Positions 41,800 to 53,386 of a DNA stretch of 64,000 bases are shown here, piece after piece; the stretch's first letter is position 1, and the number at the start of each line of letters is the position of its first letter. Position numbers and translations under genes: made by a program. Origin of the DNA: a virus (taxonomy: Duplodnaviria > Heunggongvirae > Uroviricota > Caudoviricetes). The stretch lies in IMG/VR virus record IMGVR_UViG_2622736468_000003; one strand, given 5' to 3'. Under the pieces are notes generated by a model. That model did no database searches, was not told where the DNA came from, and saw only the letters and a program-made list of their open reading frames with translations.

Positions 41800-43014
41800 A
41801 TGACCACAGTAACAACAGCCCAGGCGAATAAGCTGTATCAGGTGGCGCTTTTCACGGCTGCCAACCGAAACCGCTCGATGGTGAATATTCTCACTGAACA
41901 GCAGGATGCACCAAAAGCAGTTTCGCCTGACAAGAAAAGCACGAAGCAGACCAGTGCAGGTGCACCAGTTGTGCGAATCACGGACCTCAACAAACAGGCC
42001 GGTGATGAAGTGACGTTCAGCATCATGCACAAACTCTCTAAACGTCCGACGATGGGGGATGAGCGCGTTGAAGGCCGTGGTGAAGACCTCAGCCATGCTG
42101 ATTTTTCCCTGAAAATTAATCAGGGCCGTCACCTGGTGGATGCGGGCGGACGTATGAGCCAGCAGCGTACGAAGTTCAACCTGGCATCCTCTGCCAGAAC
42201 GCTGCTGGGTACGTACTTTAACGACCTGCAAGACCAGTGTGCGATAGTGCATCTTGCCGGTGCCCGCGGTGATTTTGTTGCTGATGACACCATTCTGCCA
42301 ACGGCAGATCACCCTGAATTCAAAAAAATCATGATCAACGACGTACTGCCGCCGACGCATGATCGTCATTTTTTCGGTGGGGATGCGACGAGTTTTGAGA
42401 GTATTGACCAGTCTGACCTGTTCACCCTTGCGCTGGTCGATAATCTCTCGTTGTTTATTGACGAGATGGCTCATCCGTTACAACCGGTACGCCTGTCCGG
42501 TGATGAATTGTATGGCGAAGATCCGTATTACGTCCTCTACGTCACGCCGCGTCAGTGGAATGACTGGTACACCTCCACGTCCGGCAAGGACTGGAACCAG
42601 ATGATGACGCGTGCCGTAAACCGCTCAAAAGGTTTTAACCATCCGCTGTTCAAAGGCGAATGTGCGATGTGGCGCAATATTCTGGTCCGTAAGTATGCGG
42701 GGATGCCGATCCGTTTCTATCAGGGGTCAAAGGTTATGGTGTCGAACAATGACCTTACGGCAACGATGGCAGAAAAGGCTGCTGCAACCAACATCGACCG
42801 TGCCATGCTGCTGGGGGCTCAGGCGCTGGCGAATGCGTACGGTCAGAAGGGCGGCGGTCACTTCAACATGGTTGAGAAGAAAACGGATATGGATAACCGT
42901 ACTGAGATAGCAATCAGCTGGATCAACGGTCTGAAAAAAATCCGTTTCCCCGAGAAGAGCGGCAAGATGCAGGATCACGGCGTTATTGCCGTTGATACCG
43001 CAGTGAAGCTCTGA
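41800..43014 (+). CDS. Major capsid protein (candidate)
   Basis: 404 aa; position after scaffold; terminator at 43031-43053. Confidence 0.55.
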   Translation: MTTVTTAQANKLYQVALFTAANRNRSMVNILTEQQDAPKAVSPDKKSTKQTSAGAPVVRITDLNKQAGDEVTFSIMHKLSKRPTMGDERVEGRGEDLSHADFSLKINQGRHLVDAGGRMSQQRTKFNLASSARTLLGTYFNDLQDQCAIVHLAGARGDFVADDTILPTADHPEFKKIMINDVLPPTHDRHFFGGDATSFESIDQSDLFTLALVDNLSLFIDEMAHPLQPVRLSGDELYGEDPYYVLYVTPRQWNDWYTSTSGKDWNQMMTRAVNRSKGFNHPLFKGECAMWRNILVRKYAGMPIRFYQGSKVMVSNNDLTATMAEKAAATNIDRAMLLGAQALANAYGQKGGGHFNMVEKKTDMDNRTEIAISWINGLKKIRFPEKSGKMQDHGVIAVDTAVKL

Positions 43015-43068
43015 TTTTTCCTTTCCCCATGCCGGGTTATCGCCCGGCTTTTTCAGGAGTCATTAATT

Positions 43069-43458
43069 ATGGCAAAGACTATCCTTGCTCCATCACTGAG
43101 TGAGCGGATTTATTCAGGTACGCACGGTAATGAGTCGGTGGCAGAAGGTGTGTTTACAGTGAACGCTGCGGAAGCGGACAGTGTTATTCATCTTCTTTCA
43201 CTGCCAGTTGGTATCCGTATCAACTCACTGCAACTGGTTTCAACGGGCGGTCTGGGTACTGCAACCGTCAGCATTAAGTCCGGTGAGCATGTTCTCATCG
43301 ATAACAGCGAAGCTGTTTCTGCAAAATTTGCCAGATATGTGCCCGTGGAGCCGTACACCACACTGCGTGACGGGGAGCTGGTTACTGTCACCATTAAGAC
43401 TGCCGCTGCAACCGGCACCCTGAATGTTCTGCTGCGTTATACCGTGGTGGGTTACTGA
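43069..43458 (+). CDS. Structural protein, possibly head decoration
   Basis: 129 aa beta-rich ORF after the capsid gene; terminator at 43470-43495. Confidence 0.4.
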   Translation: MAKTILAPSLSERIYSGTHGNESVAEGVFTVNAAEADSVIHLLSLPVGIRINSLQLVSTGGLGTATVSIKSGEHVLIDNSEAVSAKFARYVPVEPYTTLRDGELVTVTIKTAAATGTLNVLLRYTVVGY

Positions 43459-43508
43459 TATAAACCTTCCGGCCCGCGTCATGCGGGCTTTTTTACCCGG
43501 GGAATTAT

Positions 43509-43970
43509 ATGAGCGAAAAAATTGCCGTTGTCTATATCGGCCCCAAACCTGTGAAAAAGGATACCCTTACCGGGAGTCGTACACTGTTTCCGCGTCTTGA
43601 GCCGGTGCATGTTGACAGTGCGCTTGCCTGGCAGTTGCTGGCCTTTTCTGACGTCTGGGTTCGTCATGAAGAGCTTGATGGCGTACTGAAAAAGCAACAA
43701 CAGGATGAGCAGTTGCGGCAGGCACAGCAGGCGCAGGAAAGAGAACAGGTTGCTCTTGCAGAAGCGGAGAGCAGTTTTGTGGTTAGCGTTGGTGGTCAGG
43801 ATGTGGATTTGAGTAAACTCACGTCCGCACGGCTGGCAACGTTGTGTGAGGCAGAAGAGCTGAATATTCACAAAGACCCGAAAGAAACGGCTGATGCATT
43901 CCGTATCCGTGTGCGTGAGGCATTTCGCCGTCGTGTTGCGGAGACTGAACAGCATGGCGGAACTGACTGA
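43509..43970 (+). CDS. Hypothetical structural protein
   Basis: 153-aa ORF. Confidence 0.4.
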   Translation: MSEKIAVVYIGPKPVKKDTLTGSRTLFPRLEPVHVDSALAWQLLAFSDVWVRHEELDGVLKKQQQDEQLRQAQQAQEREQVALAEAESSFVVSVGGQDVDLSKLTSARLATLCEAEELNIHKDPKETADAFRIRVREAFRRRVAETEQHGGTD

Positions 43971-44517
43971 TTTTTTACCGTATGTTCGTCGCCATATCAG
44001 TGGTCCGCTGAACATTATGATGACGGATGCGTTATCCATGTCGGCAGTGGCATTCTGCCGTCAGTCCCTGTTGTGCCGCCGTGAAGTCACGCTGTCACCG
44101 TCAGCCGGAGAGGACTGTGTGTTGCCATATGACGCGGAGAATGAAGAGTGCGTACATATTATTCGTATCCTCGCTGACGGGCGTGAGCTTTTTGCCGGTC
44201 ATGATGTAGAAATCCGCCCGGGGCGGGTAATGCATTTTGCCTGTTCGCCCGGAGAGGTGAGTGTGCTTTATGCCGTTGCTCCGAAAGCAGGGAGCCGTCA
44301 GGTGCAGGATGAACTGCGGGCATGGTCTGAAGAAGTGGCAGCAGGGGCGCTTGAACGGTTGTTCATGCAGACCGGGGTTTCATGGTCAGACCCGTCGCGC
44401 GCACAGTATTTCTCTGTGCTGTTTTCTGAGGGTATCCGTCGGGCATATCGCGACACACTGGCGACAAGTCCGTACTCCTCATACCGCAATCCTGTCCGCA
44501 GACAAAGGTTTTACTGA
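43954..44517 (+). CDS. Hypothetical structural protein
   Basis: 187 aa from ATG 43954, overlapping the upstream stop. Confidence 0.4.
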   Translation: MAELTDFLPYVRRHISGPLNIMMTDALSMSAVAFCRQSLLCRREVTLSPSAGEDCVLPYDAENEECVHIIRILADGRELFAGHDVEIRPGRVMHFACSPGEVSVLYAVAPKAGSRQVQDELRAWSEEVAAGALERLFMQTGVSWSDPSRAQYFSVLFSEGIRRAYRDTLATSPYSSYRNPVRRQRFY

Positions 44518-45166
44518 TGACGACGATTACAGAAATCATCGGACGTGTGAATACACAACTGGTTGACCCGATGATGGTTCGCTGGCCCCTGCAGGAATTG
44601 TGCGATTATTACAATGATGCTGTGAGGGCAGTGATTCTGGCGAGACCGGATGCTGGCGCAAGCCTGGAAACAATCAGTTGTGTTCCGGGCGCCCGTCAGG
44701 TTTTGCCCGATGGTGTAATACAACTTCTTGACGTGATATGCCTCAGTGACGGTAGTGCAGTCAGACCATTATCCCGGGAGGTGCTGGATGCGCAGTATCC
44801 TGAGTGGCTCACAATGAAGGGCATTCCTGAATGTTTTATCAGCAACGACCTGTCCCGCGCGTATTCTGGCTGTTTCCTGCTCCTGACAAAGAGATAAGTA
44901 TTGATGCAGTGGTAAGCCGGATACCGGAGGCAGTGTATGTTCTGACGCAGGACGATGATACGCCAGTTCCACTGGAAGATGCTTATGTTAACCCACTGGT
45001 GGACTGGATGTTGTTTCGCGCTTTCAGTAAGGATGCTGCCGGTGGCGCAGAATCGGGGCTGGCTGCGCAGCATTATCAGAGTTTTGTTGAGCAACTTGGG
45101 ATCAAACAGGGGGCAGACAGTGCATTGTCTGCCCGTAAAAAAGTGTTTAACGGAGGTGGAGTGTGA
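44517..45166 (+). pseudogene. Hypothetical structural protein, apparent frameshift
   Basis: ORFs 44517..44897 and 44831..45166 overlap in different frames with continuous coding character; shift near 44840-44890. Confidence 0.45.
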
Positions 45167-47256
45167 GTGTTGTTGTTTCGGGGACGCTGAAATCTCCTGA
45201 TGGTGAGGCGATATCAGGAGCAAATATTACCCTGACGGCGCTGACAGTTTCACCGGATGCGCTCAGCGGCACCAGTGCGTCGGCAGTGACCCGTGAAGGT
45301 GGATATTACGGAATGACGATGGATCCGGGGGAGTATGCGGTTTCGGTGACGGTGAAAGGGAAGACTGCTGTCTACGGACGTGTGCGTATTGAGGGGACCG
45401 AAAGTACGGTGACGCTCAATATGCTGTTACGCCGCAGTCTTGTTGAGGTGAGCATACCCGGAGAACTGCTGACAGATTTCCGGCAGATACAGAATAATGT
45501 GGCTGATGACCTTGCCACTATTCGTCGCCTGAATGAAGACACGGCGACAAAAAACACTCAGGCCACACAGTCAAAAGACAGTGCAGCAGCCAGTGCGAAG
45601 AGTGCATCTGACAGTGCAAAGACGGCAACCAGCAGGGCGGCTGAAGCCGGACAAAAAGCCAGTGAAGCTGCAGAAGCAGCGACCCGGGCATGCGAGTCTG
45701 AAAAGGCCGCGGCAGCAGACGCGAATGATGCCAGACAACATGCTGAAACCGCCAGAGTGGCTCATGAGGCCGCCGGAGACGTTCTTAAACGTGCTGAGGC
45801 TGCTACGGTTAGTGCTGAAGAGGCCAGGCGTATGGCAGAGAATGCCAGAGGCCCTAAAGGTGATACCGGACCGAAAGGTGATGCAGGCCCTCGTGGAGAA
45901 ACAGGTCCACAAGGCGCACAAGGACCACGCGGTGAAACAGGACCGGTGGGGCCGCAAGGAGAGCGGGGGATTCAGGGGCCTGCTGGTCCACGAGGTGAAA
46001 CCGGGGCCAGAGGTGAAAAAGGAGACCCCGGAGACCCGGGGGACCACCCGGGCCGAAAGGTGATGCGGGACCTAAAGGTGACACCGGACCAGCCGGTCCC
46101 GCAGGTGAAAAAGGTGAGCCGGGAGAACGAGGGTCTCAGGGAGAGCAGGGGCTACGCGGACCTGCAGGAGAGAGAGGCCCGGCGGGGCCGCAGGGACCGA
46201 AAGGAGATGCCGGTGCGACAGGTCCGGCAGGTCCGAAAGGTGAACGAGGCGAAGCTGGGCCTCAGGGCCCCCGCGGGGAGCCTGGTCCGGCGGGCAGCGC
46301 AGCAAATGTGGTGGACGCGACGACGGCACAGAAGGGAATTGTGCAGCTAAGTAGTGATACTGCCAGTAATGACGAAACAAAGGCTGCCACGTCGAAGGCT
46401 GTGAAGGCGGCAATGGATGAGGCCAAGGCGGCGAGACAGAAGGCAGAAGAGGTTGCTGCAGGTGGTGGCGTTCCCAGCCCGAAGGGAGACAAGGGCGATA
46501 CGGGTCCGGCAGGCCCACAGGGACCGAAAGGGGATACGGGAGCCGCAGGCCCGGCAGGCGCACAGGGGCCAAAAGGTGACAAAGGCGATCCGGGGGTGGC
46601 TGGACCAGCAGGCCCGGCAGGCGCACAGGGGCCAAAAGGTGACAAAGGCGATCCGGGGGTGGCTGGACCAGCAGGCCCGGCAGGCGCACAGGGGCCAAAA
46701 GGTGACAAAGGCGATCCGGGGGTGGCTGGACCAGCAGGTCCGGCAGGTGCGCCGGGGCGAAAGGCGATAAAGGTGATCCGGGAGTAGCTGGACCAGCAGG
46801 TCCGGCGGGGCCACAGGGACCGAAGGGAGACACTGGAGCCCCGGGCAAGGAACAGAACTGCTTACTACTGCCAATACATGGACTCAGGCACAAACTTTTA
46901 ATGGTGGTATTAATGGCAATTTGACGGTGACCGGAAACGGCTCATTTAACGATGTTCAGATCCGTTCGGATAAACGCAACAAGCGAAATCTGGTAAAACT
47001 GGATAATGCGTTAGATCGTCTGGAGGCACTTACTGGTTATCTTTACGAGATACAGTACTCTGCCGACGGTTGGCAAACGTCGGTTGGTTTAATTGCTCAG
47101 GATGCACAAAAAGCATTGCCTGAACTGGTAACTGAAGACGCAGACGTTATATCTGGTGAAAAACGTCTGCGTCTTAACTACAACGGCATAATTGCATTGT
47201 TAGTCGAGGGCTTTAAAACACTTCGTCATGAGATTAAAGAACTCCGGGAGAAGTAA
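45163..47256 (+). pseudogene. Tail fibre with collagen-like Gly-X-Y repeats, reading frame broken at least three times
   Basis: Gly-X-Y triplets continue across frame changes near 46040, 46750 and 46850; C-terminal QTFNGGINGNLTVTGNGSFNDVQIRSD domain. Confidence 0.65.
46558..46746 (+). repeat. Three tandem copies of a 63-bp unit inside the collagen-like region
   Basis: GCGCACAGGGGCCAAAAGGTGACAAAGGCGATCCGGGGGTGGCTGGACCAGCAGGCCCGGCAG x3, third copy with one substitution. Confidence 0.8.
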
Positions 47257-47341
47257 ACGACAGCTGTTGTAGTTTCTGGTTTCTACTGAATTTAAATTGT
47301 GGGGTGACACTCACCCCACGCATTCAGAAGGGGGAGATGAG

Positions 47342-47854
47342 ATGGGGGTAACATCGGGATGGGTAGGCTCTTCGGCTAAGAGCGAAACAGGTGAGCAGTG
47401 GATGGGAGCCGCCGGAACCAAACTGGGACTGAGTAAACCTTTTATGATGAGCCAAATGGTTGGGCGAACTATGGGCTGTAAAATTGCAACTGAGTACTAT
47501 AAATGGAAATCCTCTGACAAGGTTGATAACTGGGGCGCAGTTGGCGCTGACTGGCCTTTAGAAGAAAAAAGTAAAGGTACAATTACAAACGCCGCAAGCT
47601 GCGGATCAGGGAGGCTGGTAGGGGCTGTCGTTACACTTTCTCACTTTTTGACGAACTCTACACCGACAGCTGCTGTTTATTTAGCCGGTGGTAAAGCAGG
47701 TAACATCACCGTAAACGTAGGTGGTGCTACACAAACCATGATTTATCAGGGCGTTGTTAGTGGGTTCCAGTATTACTGGTCAGGTTCTGTTAGTTCCGCT
47801 TTCGTGGAGGCAATGAAAAAGACGGGAGTACCCCAGGATCTAAAAATTAGTTAA
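47342..47854 (+). CDS. Hypothetical protein downstream of the tail fibre
   Basis: ATG 47342 after GGGGGAG; 170 aa. Confidence 0.35.
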   Translation: MGVTSGWVGSSAKSETGEQWMGAAGTKLGLSKPFMMSQMVGRTMGCKIATEYYKWKSSDKVDNWGAVGADWPLEEKSKGTITNAASCGSGRLVGAVVTLSHFLTNSTPTAAVYLAGGKAGNITVNVGGATQTMIYQGVVSGFQYYWSGSVSSAFVEAMKKTGVPQDLKIS

Positions 47855-47929
47855 ATGGTAAATGAATAATTTTAAAAACTTCACGTTCTACATACCGGAG
47901 ACGCCGGATATATAGGATATTGTTTTAAG

Positions 47930-48142
47930 TTGCCAGAGAAATTTTTCCGGACGGATGCTGATAATAATGATGTGCCAATGACGGCAGCATCATTGATGGC
48001 ACTGAGTGAAGCGACAGAGCTAGCGATGTTTGCGAAGGGAGTGGAGATTAATACACGGCTGTTGCAGATGAAAGCCGAGGTTGAGGCGCTGACAGACCTG
48101 AAGGCGATCCGCAGTTATGTTGTCGGATGGCCTGCTGGCTGA
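47930..48142 (+). CDS. Hypothetical small protein
   Basis: 70-aa ORF; hairpin after an A-run at 48146-48175. Confidence 0.3.
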   Translation: MPEKFFRTDADNNDVPMTAASLMALSEATELAMFAKGVEINTRLLQMKAEVEALTDLKAIRSYVVGWPAG

Positions 48143-48484
48143 ATAAAAAAAAACGGGACCACGGCCAGTCCCGATGTAATGAGTTTTAGGGTATTAGTTT
48201 GTTATCATAGTTAGCGTGCTAAGTATGCCATATCAGGCTGATTAGTGAAGTGATGTTGTTCGCATTTTTGCACGGCGGAGAATATTCAGATTTTTGGAAA
48301 TCCATATTTTTCCCGTGCGCGATTACATGCTTCATTTACGATGCCATTTTCGCCGGACATTGCGAATTCCCTGCATGTGGACGGGCGGTAAGAGCGACTC
48401 CTGTACGGGTTGACGTCGTGAAATTGTGCCGGGATTAATTATTCCACCTCGTCTGCCATTCAAATTTTCGGATACCAGATAACC

Positions 48485-50109
48485 ATGCCTTATATCGATA
48501 TAACCACTATGCGCGGGATGATGCCAGGCGTTATTGCATCTATGCTTCCTGATAATGCTGCTGTACTGGCAGAAAACTGTCATTTTCGCTATGGCGTGAT
48601 CACGCCTGAACACGAGATGTCAGAGGTTGAGAAAACATTCACAATTAAGCCAAAAACAATTTTTCATTACCGTGACGATTTTTGGTTTGCATGGCCGGAT
48701 GTGGTGGATGTGATCCGCAGTCCGATCGCTCAGGACCCCCACGGGCGTATTTACTACACTGACGGGCGTTTTCCTAAAGTGACGGATGCGACCATTGCCA
48801 CAAAAGGGGACGGGAATCACCCGACATCATCGTATCGTCTTGGGATCCCCGCGCCGACGACAGCTCCTGTCTGTACTGTTCAGCAGGGCGGTGATGTTTC
48901 TGACGATAACCCGAATGATGATGAAACCCGGTTTTATACGGAAACCTTTGTCTCAGATTATGGTGAAGAAGGTCCGCCAGGTCCGGCGTCTCTGGAGGTA
49001 ACACTCCGTACTCCGGGAACTGCGGTACAACTGACGCTGGCTCCGGTGCCATTGCAGAATGCCAGTATTAAACGTCGCCGGATTTATCGCTCTGCATCAG
49101 GTGGAGGGGAGGCGGATTTTTTACTTGTGGCTGAACTGGATGCATCCGTGCTCAGTTACACGGACAAAATACCGGCGAAAAACCTTGGGCCTTCCCTGGC
49201 GACATGGGATTACCTGCCGCCGCCAGAGAATATGACAGGCCTTTGCCTGATGGCTAACGGTATTGCCGCCGGGTTTGCCGGTAATGAAGTGATGTTTTCG
49301 GAAGCGTATCTGCCGTATGCATGGCCGGAAGTGAATCGTCACACGACGGCAGAAGATATTGTAGCTATCTGTCCGCTGGGAACGTCACTGGTGGTGGCGA
49401 CAAAGGGGAGCCTTATTTGTTCAGTGGGGTATCACCGTCCACAATTTCTGGTTCCAAAATCCCTTCCATGCAGGCATGCCTGAGCCGAAGAAGTATGGTG
49501 GCGATGGAGGGATTCGTGCTGTATGCAGGAACAAATGGCCTGGTATCGGTTGATGCAGGCGGCAGTACAGCCGTGGTAACGGAAAAAATCATTTCACCAG
49601 AACAGTGGCAGAGTCAGTTTAATCCGTCGTCCATTGTGGCTTACTCATGGCGTGGTGAGTACATTGCCTGTTACACGAAACCTGATGGTAAGCAGGATGT
49701 GTTTGTCTTCAACCCGGTGAACATGGATATCCGCTATCTCAGTACACCGTTTGACTGCGCATGGGTTGATCTCGCAAAAGATATGATGCGCGTGGTGACA
49801 GGAGACAAAATGTCAGTGCTTGCCGGGGGCTCTCTGCCGTCCACGATAAGGTGGCATTCAAAAATTTTTTCATTGCCTGAAAGAACCTCTTTTTCCTGTA
49901 TCAGGGTGAAATCTCCAGCACCTGAGCGGGTGGGGATCACCGTTATGGCTGATGATGTTCCTGTTATTCATTTTGCGCCGGGTACGTTTAAGGGAAGTGT
50001 GGTGAGACTTCCGGCAGCAACCGGGCAAAACTGGCAGGTGATGGTATCCGGATTTGGGCAGGTGGAACGAATAACCCTGAGTACATCGATGTCGGAGTTA
50101 CCGATATGA
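48485..50109 (+). pseudogene. Tail or virion protein, apparent frameshift
   Basis: ORFs 48485..49483 and 49321..50109 overlap by about 160 bp; coding character switches frame near 49400-49420 within ACAAAGGGGAGCC. Confidence 0.5.
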
Positions 50110-51374
50110 GCAAAAAACCGTGGCGGGCGGGGAAGGATTTATCCGCTGTTGTGGAAAATATGGAAATTGGCACCGGGCAGCGTGGCGACGGTCGTCATGC
50201 TTTTGTGACCCGTGAAGAGCTGGTTGGCCTTAAACTTGCCCGACGTCGTACACAGGGTGGTGCCTCATATGCACTGAATCCGGGTATTGAGATTGACAGT
50301 ACTTTAATGACTGTTGATTTTCCCACAAAACCGCTGAATTTTAAGGCGACAGGTGGATTTGGCTCGGTTCTTCTTGAATGGGATATGCCTAATTATCGCG
50401 GACATTCACTGACTGAAATCTGGCGGGGTACGGAGGATGACCTTGCTGATGCAGTGCTGGTTGCCACGACGCCGGGGCAGGTTTACGGCGATCCGGTTGA
50501 CCCTGGCTGGTCGGGATTTTACTGGATACGTTTTGTTAACGCGGCAGGAGTGAAAGGTCCATGGAATGCTGAAAAAGGCACTCAGGCACAAACACAGATC
50601 GGCGTGAAGGCCATCATTGACCAGATCCGCGATGAGGCTGCAAAGTCGCCGGTTGTGTCCGAGCTGCGTAAAGAAATAAAAAACGCGCAGGGGCAGGCTG
50701 TAAAGGATGCTGCAATTAAGACAACCGAAGTTGTAGGGACTCTCAGGGAAGAAACGACAAGAATGGTTGTTGGTATTGAAACCCGGATTAGCACACTGGA
50801 TTCGTCAACCAGTGAATCGCTTAATGAGGTCGACAAGCGCATCACTAAACTGGATAAAGAAGGCGGTGAGGCCTTCCTTGCGATGTGGTCAAAAAAAGCG
50901 GGAGTTGATGGTATCACTGCGGGGATCGGGATTGTCGCCGGAAAAGACAGTGAAGGCAGGCCTGTAAGTCAGGTTGCAATTTCTGCGTCGCAGTTGTTTG
51001 TCTTTGACCCGAATAATCCGGATAACACAGCCTATCCGTTTGCGGTATCAGGTGGCAAGGTAGTGATCCCGAAAGCGATGATTTATGACGCGGTGATTGA
51101 AACACTGGTGTCGCGGAAGGTTGTGGCGGATGAGGTAAAAGCTGGGGTAAGTATCACTTCGCCAGTTATCCGGAGTGCCGTTATTCAGAACGGAAACTTT
51201 CAGGTTGATTCTCAGGGTAACCTGAATATTGGAGGCCTTTTCAGTGTTACGTCACAAGGGCAACTGACAATTCGTTACTCTAATCAGAATGTAGGACTGG
51301 TGATCCGCAATGATAAAATTGAGGTTTATGATCAGAATGGACGACTGGCTGTTCGCATAGGCAGATTACGCTGA
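50106..51374 (+). CDS. Tail protein (candidate)
   Basis: 422-aa beta-rich ORF in the tail module. Confidence 0.45.
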   Translation: MSKKPWRAGKDLSAVVENMEIGTGQRGDGRHAFVTREELVGLKLARRRTQGGASYALNPGIEIDSTLMTVDFPTKPLNFKATGGFGSVLLEWDMPNYRGHSLTEIWRGTEDDLADAVLVATTPGQVYGDPVDPGWSGFYWIRFVNAAGVKGPWNAEKGTQAQTQIGVKAIIDQIRDEAAKSPVVSELRKEIKNAQGQAVKDAAIKTTEVVGTLREETTRMVVGIETRISTLDSSTSESLNEVDKRITKLDKEGGEAFLAMWSKKAGVDGITAGIGIVAGKDSEGRPVSQVAISASQLFVFDPNNPDNTAYPFAVSGGKVVIPKAMIYDAVIETLVSRKVVADEVKAGVSITSPVIRSAVIQNGNFQVDSQGNLNIGGLFSVTSQGQLTIRYSNQNVGLVIRNDKIEVYDQNGRLAVRIGRLR

Positions 51375-51388
51375 TCAGGAGGTGAGTA

Positions 51389-51667
51389 TTGGAATACGGT
51401 TTTGCCATTTATAACAGAAATAACGTTAATGTTACGGGCGTGCTTACTCCCATATTTTTCCTGGACAGGTTTACGGCGGAGTCGGGATCAAAAACGTATA
51501 CGAATAAACCAGAAGGGAAAACATTGCAGGCAGTCTGTTCATTATTTCCGTGGAATAATGTATTTAAGGACCGGAAAGTACCGAAGATAACCATTAATGG
51601 CAATACGGTGACGTGGTCAAATCTTGAGCAGGGGATGGGGTCATATATTTATACATTCTGGGGGTGA
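51389..51667 (+). CDS. Hypothetical protein
   Basis: 92-aa ORF. Confidence 0.35.
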   Translation: MEYGFAIYNRNNVNVTGVLTPIFFLDRFTAESGSKTYTNKPEGKTLQAVCSLFPWNNVFKDRKVPKITINGNTVTWSNLEQGMGSYIYTFWG

Positions 51668-52290
51668 GTTGTATGTATGGTTTAAGCATTACGAAACCAG
51701 ATGGCAGCTTGTGGATAAGCCCGGGGTTTACGCCTCAGTGTCTGATCAATAAGGGAACTATTCCGGCGACTGAGAAGGCTTTTTTTAAAACGTCAATTCC
51801 GTCAGGAAAAAGTTGTTTTTTCTTTATCAGAACAGAGAAGAAGGCCGATGTCATGTACACGCATGAACAGATTGATGGATATCATGCCTTAAGGCTTCAT
51901 CAAATTGTCAGGGGAACGAATCCTGGTGTTACGACTGTTTATGCTTTTGCGAATATGGTTACTCAACCTTCTGAGTATGGTATCGCCATGTATAATCCGT
52001 TGGGTGAGATGATTTACCATGGCGAAATGATGCTGCTTGACGCGAAGTTAATACCTGTTGATATCAAATTTGAAAAGGACCTTGGATATCCATGCGCAAT
52101 TATGCCTGCACTGGTCGGGTATTATAACTGGAAAAGAACTCCTTATGACCGACCGATTTATACCACATCCACTGGCGCTACAGGAAATAAAATATATTCC
52201 TGTGAGCATTATTCAGGTGGTGCAACATGGGATATTCGAAAGCCTTATGTAGACAAAGTTCTTGTTATTAATACTTCAATGTATGATTAG
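51664..52290 (+). CDS. Hypothetical protein
   Basis: 208-aa ORF overlapping the upstream stop. Confidence 0.4.
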   Translation: MSCMYGLSITKPDGSLWISPGFTPQCLINKGTIPATEKAFFKTSIPSGKSCFFFIRTEKKADVMYTHEQIDGYHALRLHQIVRGTNPGVTTVYAFANMVTQPSEYGIAMYNPLGEMIYHGEMMLLDAKLIPVDIKFEKDLGYPCAIMPALVGYYNWKRTPYDRPIYTTSTGATGNKIYSCEHYSGGATWDIRKPYVDKVLVINTSMYD

Positions 52291-52416
52291 CACAATAAAA
52301 TTTATCAATCATTTTAAGAAAAATTTTTATTTTTTATTTCCAGGCAGGATGGTAAATAATCAAAAATGTGGAAAGGACAGAGAGAACAATGTTTTTAATA
52401 TAGGAAGATTCTTAAA

Positions 52417-53154
52417 ATGAAAAGTATCACAAAATTTCTTGTGTGCGCAACTCTGGGCTTAGGTGGATTAACTGCACAGGCACATGCTGCATCTGGTGAT
52501 AGTACCGTATCCCTTGGATTCGCTCACCTTCAGCTATCCGGGCTGAATAATTTTGTTAAGGATTTAAGTCTTCATAACCTTGATACCTTTAACAATTTTG
52601 TGAATGAAAACTATTTCAATTCACCTGGAGAATATGACGATGCGTTTGTCCGGGGCCATGATGGTAAAGAGAAAAGTCCCTTGGGAATGAACATTAAGTA
52701 TCGTTATGAGATTACGGATGAGATCGGTGTTATAACCTCTTTTGCATGGGCTCGATCCATGACTAATGCACAGGCATTCATTGATGTTAAGCCTTCCGAT
52801 CCATCACGAGAGGTAAAAAAACCGGCAGCTTCAGCGAGAACTGATATCAGGGCTAATTACTGGAGTCTACTATCCGGTCCTTCGTGGCGGTTTAATGAAT
52901 ACCTCAGTGTGTATTCAATGGCAGGTGTTGCGGTTGCAAAAGTAACTTATGATTTGAAAGTTAACGACAATCTTAATGGTGGTGTAGGTAGTTTTTCTGA
53001 AAGTAACAGCACCAAAAAAACGTCTATTGCATGGTCTGTCGGCGCGCAATTTAACTTCAATGAAAGTGTTACTATGGACGTCACTTATGAAAGCTCAGGC
53101 TCTGGCGACTGGAAAACTGATGGTTTATTTGCAGGCATTGGCCTGAAATTCTGA
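52417..53154 (+). CDS. lom: Lom/Ail/PagC-family outer-membrane beta-barrel protein
   Basis: Signal peptide ending AQAHA; amphipathic beta strands; C-terminal GIGLKF; AT-rich. Confidence 0.8.
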   Translation: MKSITKFLVCATLGLGGLTAQAHAASGDSTVSLGFAHLQLSGLNNFVKDLSLHNLDTFNNFVNENYFNSPGEYDDAFVRGHDGKEKSPLGMNIKYRYEITDEIGVITSFAWARSMTNAQAFIDVKPSDPSREVKKPAASARTDIRANYWSLLSGPSWRFNEYLSVYSMAGVAVAKVTYDLKVNDNLNGGVGSFSESNSTKKTSIAWSVGAQFNFNESVTMDVTYESSGSGDWKTDGLFAGIGLKF

Positions 53155-53177
53155 GTAATACCCGACAACATGTCATA

Positions 53178-53202
53178 ACCCGCTGTGATGGCGGGTTTTT
53201 TG
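53178..53202 (+). terminator. Rho-independent terminator after lom
   Basis: CCCGCTGTGATGGCGGG hairpin followed by TTTTTTG. Confidence 0.5.
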
Positions 53203-53386
53203 TTGCCCGTGCAGGGCAAAAATCGTAGATTATGCGCGGGTGCCTTTCGGCTGATGGCTGGAAGGTGAACCTGAAGGCCTGATGTGGAAAGGCCCCGAGT
53301 CAAACATTTTGTTTAACCCGAGGCCCTAACCATCATACCTTAAGCAAGTAGAAGGTTAGCGCCTCTCCACTCAGGAGGCAAGCGCT

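Noticed and set aside
46500-46800. Possible CRISPR-like array from regularly spaced repeats
   Set aside because: The repeats are 63-bp tandem units inside a Gly-X-Y coding region with no spacers; they are collagen-like coding repeats.
46072-46893. Minus-strand ORFs of 148-273 aa across the collagen repeat region
   Set aside because: Pro/Gly/Ala-rich translations are the expected antisense artefact of GC-rich Gly-X-Y repeats.
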